Origin: Octopus sinensis
Lineage: Eukaryota
Reading direction: 5' to 3'
DNA length: 15,786 nt
Assembly: GCF_006345805.1 (NCBI RefSeq)
Contig: NW_021825347.1
Coordinates: 1-15,786 of the forward strand
Below, in pieces: positions 1 through 8,836 of the stretch (its first letter is position 1; every line of letters starts with the position of its first letter). The notes under the pieces were generated by a model that was given only the letters and a program-made list of their open reading frames with translations, did not search any database and had not been told where the DNA came from. A program made the position numbers and the translations under genes.

Positions 1-284
1 AATTATACAATTTACAGCGTAGCTTTACGAAATTTAGAACACAACTCAAGGACCACCAGTATTACCACTGAAGACCTCTAGAAATTTGTAAACCCCCAAG
101 TTGAAAAGGGCTATATTCATATTTTTCGTGTACCATCTGAGACCAACGAGATCAACGTAGTGGATGTTTCTCATCAAGAGCTGAACATTGATGGATGCAA
201 GAAAAACCAGGTGTATTCTAGTGGATGATGCTCAGAGGAAAAACAACTAGAATGAAAAGGTAAATGCAGGGTCCGGGAATTGAC

Positions 285-446
285 GGAGTGTGGCTGAATG
301 GTTAGAAAGTTTACTTCGTAACCACAAAGCCCCGAGTTCGTTCTCACAACATGGCATATTGCGAAAATATCATTTTCTATAGCCTCGATTCGATCCATAT
401 CTTGTTAGGGAAATTGGGTTAACGGAAACTGCATAGAAGCTTGTCG
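285..446 (+). mobile_element. Degraded 5' half of composite tRNA-derived SINE (same family as 7748-8160)
   Basis: GGAGTGTGGCTGAATGG...AACCACAAAGCCCCGAGTTC...CTATAGCCTCG...ACGGAAACTGCATAGAAGCTTGTCG aligns by eye with the heads at 7748-7880 and 7096-7170. Confidence 0.65.
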
Positions 447-615
447 AGTGTATTGCACACCTGTATTTCGAAATGTACAGGTGTGTCACGCTGATTCTGG
501 CTGAGAATTACGTTAAGGGTGTGCATGTCTGTAGAATACTCATCAATTTACGCGTTGACTCAGGAGCCTGCAAGTCTGTTTCTTGAACAACGAATCCTCA
601 GTTGACCGACGGTGA
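447..615 (+). mobile_element. Fragment of dispersed repeat related to the seed unit of the 745-1706 array
   Basis: 482-508 TGTGTCACGCTGATTCTGGCTGAGAAT matches 756-781 TGTGTCACGCCGATTCTGTCGAGAAT. The boundaries are approximate. Confidence 0.45.
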
Positions 616-744
616 TCCCCCATTATCAGAATGACCAACAATTTGTCTTGGAGTGTTTATTCTTCACTTCAATTCACCTCTCCGTGGGTCGGTAATATTA
701 AGTGCCAGACAAGTTACCATTCTCCAATTCTAAAACATGCAGTC

Positions 745-1706
745 TTCTCTCACATTGTGTCACGCCGATTCTGTCGAGAATCTCGAGTAACAAGGGAACC
801 TCTACGGAGTCGATCGAAAATGCTAGAAATAAACAAAATTGTCCTTCTAATTTCACCATATAATCTTGAAAATAAGACGCGTTCTCTCACATTGTATCAC
901 GTTGATATTGCTGGGAATCTCGAGTAACGGATCAACCTCTATGGAGTCAATTAAATTGCTAGAAATAAACAAAATTGTCCTTCTAATTTCACCATATAAT
1001 CTTGAAAATAAGACGCGTTCTCTCACATTGTATCACGTTGATATTGCTGGGAATCTCGAGTAACGGATCAACCTCTATGGAGTCGATTAAAATGCTAGAA
1101 ATAAAAACAAAATTGTCCTTCTAATTACACCATATAATCTTGAAAACAAAAACGAACACGTCTCTCACATTGTAGTCACGTTGATATTGCTGGAATCTCG
1201 AATAAACGGATCAACCTCTATGGAGTCGATTAAAATGCTAGAAATAAACAAATGTCTTCTAATTTCACCATATAATCTTGAAAAAAAGACACGTTCTCTC
1301 AAATAGTCACGTTGATATTGCTGGGAATCTCAAGTAACGGATCAACCTCTATGGAGTCGATTAAAATGCTAGAAATAAACAAAATTGTCCTTCTAATTTC
1401 ACCATATAATCTTGAAAACAAAAGACACGTTCTCTCAAATTAGTCACGTTGATATTGCTGTGAATCTCAAATAACGGTGCAACCTCTATGGAGTCGATTA
1501 AAATGCTAGAAATAAACAAAATTGTCCTTCTAATTACACCATATAATCTTGAAAACAAAAGACACGTTCTCTCAAATTGAGTCACGTTGATATTGCTGGA
1601 AATCCCGAGTAACGGGGCAACCTCTATGGAGTCGATTAAAATGCTAGAAATAAACAAAATTGTCCTTCAAATTACACCATATAATCTTGAAAACAAAAGA
1701 TACGTT
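745..1706 (+). repeat. Tandem array, 7 units of ~134-142 bp
   Basis: Unit starts (TTCTCTCA[C/A]AT) at about 745, 882, 1018, 1160, 1294, 1430 and 1567. Each unit contains GAGTCGATTAAAATGCTAGAAATAAACAAAATTGTCCTTCTAATTTCACCATATAATCTTGAAAA. Confidence 0.97.
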
Positions 1707-1829
1707 GGATTCTTAAATAACTAAGAATACTATTTATTCTTGAAAGTAAGACGGGATGTTCACACGTAGAATACCATTTATAGGTTTTGATTGCTAGGTC
1801 AGATCTGACCAGGGGCTAAAGAACAACAG
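1707..1829 (+). mobile_element. 3' end of the SINE-like element hosting the tandem array
   Basis: Continues the similarity to the single-copy relative at ~3775-3940. It has a 14-bp palindrome GGTCAGATCTGACC (1797-1810) and ends GGGGCTAAAGAACAACAG, an AAC-like tail. Confidence 0.5.
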
Positions 1830-1964
1830 TAGATGAAAAATATTGACATTTTTCTTGTTTTGTTCTGTTTTGTTTTGTTTTTGGACGTTCGTTAGATCTT
1901 GGTGGCTCGTGTGAACTTGTTCAGTGTAGAATATCACATTAGCTATAGCATGACTTCTACATCA

Positions 1965-2008
<44 letters not shown>

Positions 2009-2422
2009 ATTGATGACGATGATGATGATCAGAGGGGAGAAAGAGAAGAAGAAAGACGAAGGTGAGGACGAAGGGAAAGACGAGGAGGAGGAGGAGAAGA
2101 AGAAGAAGAACCACGATGACGACGACGACGGCTACGACGATGGAGACGATGACGATGACGATGATGACGATGACGATGATGACGATGACGATGATGACGA
2201 TGATGATGAATTACGACGACGACAACGACGACGCCGAAGTCGATGTCAATGATGATGACGATGATGATTATGACAATGATGATGATACTGATGATGATCA
2301 TCATGATCACGATCACGCCCATGGCGATGCTCACATCCATCATACCAATAACAATGACGACGGCTACTACTGCTGCTACTGCTACTGCTACTGATGATGC
2401 TTATCATAACAACGACGATGAT
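1965..2422 (+). repeat. Compound trinucleotide microsatellite (GAT/GAG/AAG/GAC/CAT/ACT)
   Basis: Continuous 3-nt periodicity, with single-base phase slips near 2030, 2211 and 2362. Confidence 0.95.
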
Positions 2423-2597
2423 TTCTGTTAACATACTCTTTTTATTTGCTTTTATTTTTTTCTGCTTTTGTTTTTGTTTTGTTTTATATATATATATGTG
2501 CTTTACGCTGTATACCACAAAGCGGTGCTTGTTGGAAACTAAACCAAACCGAAGTGATGAAGTTCGCTTCGAATTCACACGGCTTCAACCTCGCATT

Positions 2598-2680
2598 CAT
2601 ACACACACACACACACACACACATACACACACAGACACACACACATGCCCGCGTGCATGCACACGCGCACAACACACAAA
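2598..2680. repeat. (CA)n microsatellite
   Basis: Directly visible. Confidence 0.95.
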
Positions 2681-2742
2681 GATGCACACAGAAAAATGCC
2701 AGAGATACGTTCAAACTAAAGTGTGGGACACACAAGCAACTT

Positions 2743-2796
2743 GTATGTGTGTGTGTATGTATATATACATATATATATATATGAGAGTATCTATAC

Positions 2797-2828
<32 letters not shown>

Positions 2829-3041
2829 GTATATTATATATATATATATATGTATATATTATATATATATATTATATATATATATGTATATATATATGCA
2901 TATGTGTCTATGTATATGCATATACATATGTGTGCATGTATATAGGTACATTAAATATATATACATATGTATATGTATGTTTATACATATTATGTAAGTA
3001 TATATATATACAAATAAATACATATACATATATGTATGTAT

Positions 3042-3075
<34 letters not shown>

Positions 3076-3102
3076 ATATTTATACATATATATATACAAA
3101 CA

Positions 3103-3163
<61 letters not shown>

Positions 3164-3210
3164 GAGTTGATTGGTTGATGATTAGATTGATAGTAAAATA
3201 CATGCCTGCA

Positions 3211-3253
<43 letters not shown>

Positions 3254-3480
3254 TCACGAATATATACATTCATACATATATGTGTGTACGTATGTATGAA
3301 TGAATGAATGTATGTGTATACATATAATAGTACGTTGTATGTGCGTATGTTATATATGTGTGTGTGTGTGTTTGTATGTATTTTTTTGCATGTGCTTATA
3401 TGTATGAGTGCGCGTCTGTATACAGGCGCTTCTGTATGTGTGTGTGTGTGTGTGTGTGCGTGTGTGTCTGAGTGTGTATG
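2743..3480. repeat. Compound (TA)n/(TATG)n/(TG)n microsatellite field
   Basis: Directly visible; the longest pure TA run is at ~3108-3156. Confidence 0.95.
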
Positions 3481-3771
3481 ACTTCATGTACTTATATGTC
3501 ATCTGTGTCTGAAACGAATTTAGAACGTCCACTACCGTTAGTTTATTTTATTTTTCATTCGCGAAAGAAAATATTTGGGTTTCTTTTTTTTTCGTTTCTG
3601 TTTTATCTTCTTCTTTCCTGCATTAAAGAATTAATTCATTCTGATGTATATTTTAAAATTGTATTTTTAATCTTAAAGATAGATTTCAGTGTTTTCTTTA
3701 GTGATATGCTGTGCACTCCTACAGAGAAAACACCTTTCATTCATCAGTTTCATGAGAAAAGAGCCTCTTTA

Positions 3772-3940
3772 CATGGCTGCTCGTCCTGCTAAAAATAGCA
3801 GACAGATCTCCCTCCTATCACAATTGTACCATTTTTTTAAAAAACGGAAAGGAGACATTGATTAATGTAATCTAGAGTACACTACGTCTGAAAACAAAAT
3901 GTCACATTCTTCAAGACTAAAACATCTGATCATAGATCCA
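3772..3940 (+). mobile_element. Degraded single-copy relative of the element hosting the 745-1706 array
   Basis: TGCTAAAAATAGCAGACAGATCTCCCTC...AAAAAACGGAAAGGAGACATTGATTAATG resembles TGCTAGAAATAAACAAAATTGTCCTTC...GAAAACAAAAGATACGTTGGATT. Confidence 0.45.
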
Positions 3941-4192
3941 CAGTTCATTTAGATTTGGTTCAGGGTAAAACAAGTACAAAAACTTCTTTTATTCATTGAT
4001 TGTATAGCTGACGAGCTACCTACTGCATTACGATTTAGCGAATGAGAGATCTGCACTGTCGTTGGACCTGCTAGGAATAGCAACCAAATTTTCCTCGAAA
4101 CACGTACTTTGCCAGTGTTAAAGAAAAAGGTGCAAAGGACATGTTGGATAATATGATTCAAGACAAATAATGTCTGAGTAAAGAGAAGACGT

Positions 4193-4443
4193 GTGGAGGC
4201 GCGTGACTTAGTGGTTAGGTTGTTGAATTCATGATGGTAAGGTTGTGGTTTCGATTCCTGGACCGGGCTGTGCGTTGTGTTCTTGATTAAAACACTTCAT
4301 TTCACGTTGCTCCAGTCCACTCAGCTGGCAAAAATGAGTAATCCTGTGACGGACCGACGTCCCGGCCAGGTGGGGAATTTCTACGCCACTGAAACCGGGA
4401 AACCGGCCTTTATGAGCCTGGCATGGCTCGATAAGGAACATTT
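4193..4443 (+). mobile_element. tRNA-derived SINE, full length (family A)
   Basis: Starts GTGGAGGCGCG, with A-box-like TGACTTAGTGG and B-box-like GGTTTCGATTCC. Body TTGCTCCAGTCCACTCAGCTGGCAAAAATGAGT; 3' GAAACCGGGAAACCGG...AAGGAACATTT. Homologous to 4445-4620 and 11497-11758. Confidence 0.9.
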
Positions 4444-4444
4444 G

Positions 4445-4620
4445 GTGGAGGCGCGTGGCTTAGTGGTTAGGGTGTCAGCACCATGATCGTAAGATTGTGG
4501 TTTCGATTCCTGGACCGGGCGACGTGTTGTGTTCTCAAGTAAAACACTTCATTTCGCGTTGCTCCAGTCCACTCAGCTGGCAAAAATAAGTAACGTTGCG
4601 ATGGACTGGCGTCCCCTCCG
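4445..4620 (+). mobile_element. tRNA-derived SINE (family A), 3'-truncated, head-to-tail with the previous copy
   Basis: A-box TGGCTTAGTGG at 4456-4466 and B-box-like GGTTTCGATTCC at 4499-4510. Homology stops after GGCGTCCC. Confidence 0.9.
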
Positions 4621-4775
4621 GTTCTTTTGGTCAAACTATCGTATCGCCAGCTGCTTCAGATGCCAAGATATCAAAAATTGCCAAAGTTTAGTACAACGGT
4701 TTTGTTATGGAACGGCGAAACTATTTTTTCGTTTTCTGAAAAAGCAACGTTTTGGACCTTTGCACAATAGCAATG

Positions 4776-4838
<63 letters not shown>

Positions 4839-4960
4839 TGTGTGTGTTTGTGTGTATTTGTGTGTGTGTGTATGTGTATACGTACGTACATACATGTCTC
4901 TTGGTGTATTTATCCCTTCTTTCCCACTCTCTCCCCTATCTCTCCCTCTCTCATTCTCCT

Positions 4961-4996
<36 letters not shown>

Positions 4997-5010
4997 AGTC
5001 TGTCTTTCCC
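4776..5010. repeat. (TG)n followed by (CT)n microsatellites
   Basis: Directly visible. Confidence 0.95.
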
Positions 5011-5590
5011 TCATTTATTATCGCCTCTTTATTCAAATAACATTTCTAAGATTTCACGAAAATTCTTTGCTTTTTCGGAAAGGAAATCTTAGTGCGCGTG
5101 TTGCTTTTGCAAACACAGCGCTGTTTGCGATAAGCTTTTAAAATCAAAAGAGGTGTCGACTGATTTACAGTTCTAAATGGTATGCTCTTGGAGACAGTGT
5201 GAGAGATAAATCTAGGTGCTTTCTTCATTTCCAACTTATGTTATTCTAAGACAAATCAATATGATTGTAGCTTTCAACGTTTCTTCACATTCAATTAACT
5301 TTAACATATTCTAGGGAGTTTTGTATCAAGATTAAGATTCCGTGAAAGATTAAATACTTTAATACTATCAAATTCAAACCAGCTGAAATTTTACACCTAC
5401 CGTACTAAAAGATTGCTGCTGTTGTAGTAGTTTTACTAGCCGTGAACAGTCGCTTATCAAAAAAAATTAATCTCTTTAAAAAAGCTATAGTGTTCTAATT
5501 TTTTGAGAGATCTGGACTCTATTGCCAGCGGTTCTATCACCACCTTGACATCTTACGATTTTCTTATAGCCGTAATTCGATTTACAAATA

Positions 5591-6098
5591 GTGACGTATA
5601 TTTGCCATTTAGATATGGCTAACCCCTAAGGGTGGATGCTACTGTAGTTTGTAGCCCCAGGAGGACACCTCCTCCAGCTGGCTATAGACACACTTTCTGT
5701 GCCCTATCAGTATTTGCAAAGGGAAGCCATCCTTCACGTCTTCAACTTATGATACACACGGACTCGAGTTTCTGAGTATTGACCCGTCATTGGCGTGTGA
5801 CAATCATAGTTGTCGATGAGAAGTAGGTTCCCTTCACAAATACTTAAACCTTTTTCCAGTATCGATAGACACTGATATCGAAAAAGTGTAAACAAGCAAT
5901 AATAAATCTCAGAGCGAGTTATAAACAGTAGCTACAACACATCGTGACGTATATTTGCCATTTAAATATGGCTAACCCCTAAAGGTGGATGCTACTGTAG
6001 TTTGTAGCCCCAGGAGGACACCTCCTCCATCTGGCTATAGGCACACTTTCTGTGCCCTATTAGGATTTGCAAAGGGAAGCCATCCGAGATTTATTATT
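5591..6098. mobile_element. Unclassified non-autonomous element: 142-bp direct repeats (5591-5732, 5944-6085), 211-bp spacer, 13-nt tail, 12-bp TSD
   Basis: The two repeats differ at 6 of 142 positions. The identical flanking 12-mer GATTTACAAATA lies at 5579-5590 and 6099-6110. The termini are not TG..CA with a 4-6 bp TSD. Confidence 0.8.
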
Positions 6099-6216
6099 GA
6101 TTTACAAATAATTAGATCAAAACAAGCCGTTAAAGGATTCTCTACAAGGCCATTCTTTCGGCTAGAAATGGCATCTTAATTACCTCAGGTCATATATCAT
6201 CACTTACAGACACATT

Positions 6217-6525
6217 TGTTGTTTGTTCCTTCTCGGACCATGCCTGGCTCATAAGGGCCGGTTTCCCGGTTTCTTGTCATATAGGTTCCCCACCCGGACG
6301 GGACGCCGGTCCGTCGCAGGTGAGCTGCAAGATGCAGGAGGAAAGAGTGAGAGAAAGTTGTGACGTAAGAGTCAGCAGAAGTTTCGCCATTACCTTCTGT
6401 CGGAGCCGTGTGGAGCTTAGGTGTTTCGCTCATAAACACACACATCGCCCCGGTCTGAGATTCGAACCCGCGATCCCTCGACTGCGAATCCGCTGCTCTA
6501 ACCACTAGGCCATTGTGCCTCCACA
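6217..6525 (-). mobile_element. Full-length tRNA-derived SINE with 11-bp TSD (family A tail, different body)
   Basis: TSD ACAGACACATT at 6206-6216 and 6526-6536. On the minus strand: A-box TGGCCTAGTGG (6512-6502), B-box GGTTCGAATC (6467-6458) and AAC-type tail GGAACAAACAACA. Confidence 0.93.
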
Positions 6526-6549
6526 ACAGACACATTAAACATTACATAT

Positions 6550-6690
6550 CTACTTTATGGATGTGAAACCTGGACAGTTTACCAAGGACATGCCAAAAAT
6601 ACTTAATCACTTTCACCAAACACGCCTGCGAAAAATTTTCAACATTATGTGGTCAAGTAAAATTCCTAAAATAACTGTGCCTAGAGAGAT
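6550..6690 (+). pseudogene. Decayed RTE-clade non-LTR retrotransposon fragment (region C-terminal to the RT core)
   Basis: Translates LLYGCETWTVYQGHAK, then a frameshift in the A-run, then ILNHFHQTRLRKIFNIMWSSKIP. This matches the known LLYGxETW...FH..CLR.I..I.W...I motif of RTE-type ORFs. Confidence 0.85.
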
Positions 6691-7095
6691 ATAATACATC
6701 GTCAAGCATGCATGCTTTCCTAAGTAAACGTTCAAAGGCAGATTCGAGAGAACAGTAAATGAATAGGTCGTTTTTCTACAGAAAAATGCCTTTGGTTAGA
6801 AGTTTAACGAAATGTCTCTTTTCCTTAGAAGCCAAATTCAATGAAATGTCTCTTTTTCTTAGTAGCTAGATACACTGCTTACTCAACCAGCTGTCACTAT
6901 CTGTCAGTATATATGCAATTAATATCAAGCATAAATTTCTCATGTGTGTTTCTATGCTTTTTGTTTGTAGTGGTGGTGTTGTTATTTTATCAAAACAGAA
7001 GCTTCAGGCTTCATGAAGAAAGAGCGTGCCAGAAATTCATATTTTTCTAGGTTGTTGAGTATAATTTGTACAAATTTGAAATGCAAAAGAAAACT

Positions 7096-7432
7096 GTACC
7101 TTGGACATGCGTCTTCTACTCTTTCCTCGAACTGACCAAAGCTTTGTGAGTGGATTTGGTTAGCGGAAACTGAAAGAAGCCCTTGTATATATGCATATAT
7201 CTATATGTGTATGTCTGTGCATGTCCCTCCATCACCGCTTGACAACCAGTGTTGGTGTGTTTACGTCCCTGTAACTTAGCGGTTGATGAAAAGAGACTAA
7301 TAGAATAAGTACTAGGCTTTTAAAAGAAATAAGCTCTAGGGTTGATTTGTTCGACTAAAACCCTTCAAGGTGGTACTCCAGCATGGCCGCAGTCTAATGA
7401 CTGAACCAAGTAAAATAAAAAATAAAAGAGAA
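7096..7432 (+). mobile_element. 5'-truncated composite SINE (family B)
   Basis: GTACCTTGGACATGCGTCTTCTACT...GACCAAAGCTTTGTGAGTGGATTTGG...GAAAGAAGCCC, a TA/TG tract, then CGCTTGACAACC...AGAATAAGTACTAGGCTT...GCCGCAGTCTAATGACTGAACCAAGTAAAA. Colinear with 7748-8160. Confidence 0.88.
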
Positions 7433-7747
7433 AATAACAGTAAGAAGCTTATTTAATTTATAATCACTCATTAATGATTGTGTTGTGTTATTCATTACAA
7501 AAATAATCGCTAGCTAAATACGTGTAATACATATTTAGAATAAAAAAACAGATTACATAATTTTCAATTATAGTTCATAACTTAATGGTACATGACAGCT
7601 GTTTCTTAGTCAACAAACATCATTCTTTATGTAATTACGTGATTACATAAGATACTTAATCACTAATTATTTGATCTAAAAGTAAGGTTTACCTAAATCG
7701 TCGAAAGATAAAAAAAGATATAAGACAGGAAAAGTGAATTAATGATA

Positions 7748-7882
7748 GGCATAGGAGTGGCTGTGTGGTAAGTAGCTCGCTTACCAACCACATGGTTCCG
7801 GGTTCAGACCCACTGCGTGGCACCTTGGGCAAGTGTCTTGTGAGTAGATTTGGTAGATAGAAACTAAAAGAAGCCCGTCGTA

Positions 7883-7924
<42 letters not shown>

Positions 7925-8160
7925 TGTGTGTGTGTATATGTTTGTGTGTCTGTGTTTGTTTGTCCCACCCAACATCGCTTGACAACCGATGCTGGTGTGT
8001 TTACGTCCCCATAACATAGCGGTTCGGCAAAAGAGACCGATAGAATAAGTACTAGGCTTACAAAGTATAAGTCCTGGGGTCGATTTGCTCGACTAAAAAG
8101 AGGCGGTACTCCAGCAAGGCCGCAGTCAAATGACTGAAACAAGTAAAAGAGTAAAGAGTA
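7748..8160 (+). mobile_element. Composite tRNA-derived SINE with internal microsatellite (family B, CORE-like CCTTGGGCAAGT motif)
   Basis: A-box-like TGGCTGTGTGG at 7758-7768 and B-box-like GGTTCAGACC at 7801-7810. CCTTGGGCAAGT resembles the CORE domain. Central (TA)n; A-rich tail GTAAAAGAGTAAAGAG. Confidence 0.9.
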
Positions 8161-8436
8161 TATACAGATATATATGCGTACACGCGCACACGCACACACA
8201 CACATACACACACACCACACATATATATATATATGTGACCGCGTGTGTACCGTTGGCGATTTTTTTTCTTCTGTCTTCCCTTCTCTGGATCTTTCCTTCT
8301 ATGTTTCCGACGAAGAGATCCGCTCGAAACGTTAAACCCTCCGTCTTCCCTTCTTTCCTGGGCGTCCAATAATACTATATTTGTTCCACGTCCGCGCGTT
8401 GTTGTGTTTTTTTGTGCTTTCATGTTTGGATTAACT

Positions 8437-8444
8437 ATATATAT

Positions 8445-8492
<48 letters not shown>

Positions 8493-8495
8493 ATA
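8437..8495. repeat. (TA)n microsatellite
   Basis: Directly visible. Confidence 0.9.
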
Positions 8496-8662
8496 CAAGC
8501 AAATACACACACGTACCTACGTACTTGCATAGATACATCAACGTGCATACATTTACGAAACGCTTATATAATTCTACATATATGAACGAACTTCTATATC
8601 GACTCAACTTTTACCGTTTAAAGATCAAAAATACAACTTCTCGAAAAGGTCAACAATTAATC

Positions 8663-8836
8663 TTTATTTATTTATTTATTTATTATTTATTTATTTATTA
8701 TATTTATTTATTTATTCGTTCTCAATGAAAAGAAGACAGATGCATATTTGTTCGGAAGAATGTCTTTCAGTATTCATTTCCCTTACAGACCACCACCTAC
8801 ATCATTCCCCCTTTTTTTTTTTTTTTTTTTTTTTTT
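8663..8836. repeat. (TTTA)n tract (8663-8715) and 25-nt poly-T (8812-8836)
   Basis: Directly visible. Confidence 0.9.

Noticed and set aside
68-90. CTGAAGA-CCTCTA-GAAA motif
   Set aside because: No helix I or helix III pairing.
1-280. Nearly open plus frame 1 (KFVNPQVEKGYIHIFRVPSETNEINVVDVSHQELNIDG...)
   Set aside because: It has three in-frame stops and no motif I recognise; it may be a TE relic but cannot be supported.
631-1657. ORFs in the tandem array, and the array as a CRISPR
   Set aside because: The ORFs are just translations of the repeat unit. The units are contiguous with no unique spacers, there are no cas genes, and the context is eukaryotic.
2394-3532. Numerous Y/I/V/C/H/T-rich ORFs here and in similar tracts (4671-5141, 9161-10323, 12253-12622, 14579-15579)
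   Set aside because: These are translations of dinucleotide and tetranucleotide microsatellites and SINEs; several use non-ATG starts irrelevant to a eukaryote.
4002-4112. Second hammerhead-like arrangement: CUGACGA (4008-4014)...GAAACACGUA (4097-4106) with 5/6 helix I pairs
   Set aside because: Helix II has only one basal pair across an ~80-nt gap and helix III (ACACGU) is not palindromic. Several CTGANGA motifs are expected by chance in a window this size. It could be a decayed copy; only a covariance-model hit would revive it.
5591-6085. LTR retrotransposon/TRIM call for the 142-bp direct repeats
   Set aside because: There are no TG..CA termini with a matching 4-6 bp TSD, and no obvious PBS/PPT; the TSD is 12 bp and a tail is present.
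6440-6520. tRNA gene call for the minus-strand A/B-box region (also 4445-4520 and 11690-11758)
   Set aside because: The acceptor stem does not close, and the sequence continues into a SINE body and tail with a TSD; these are SINE heads.
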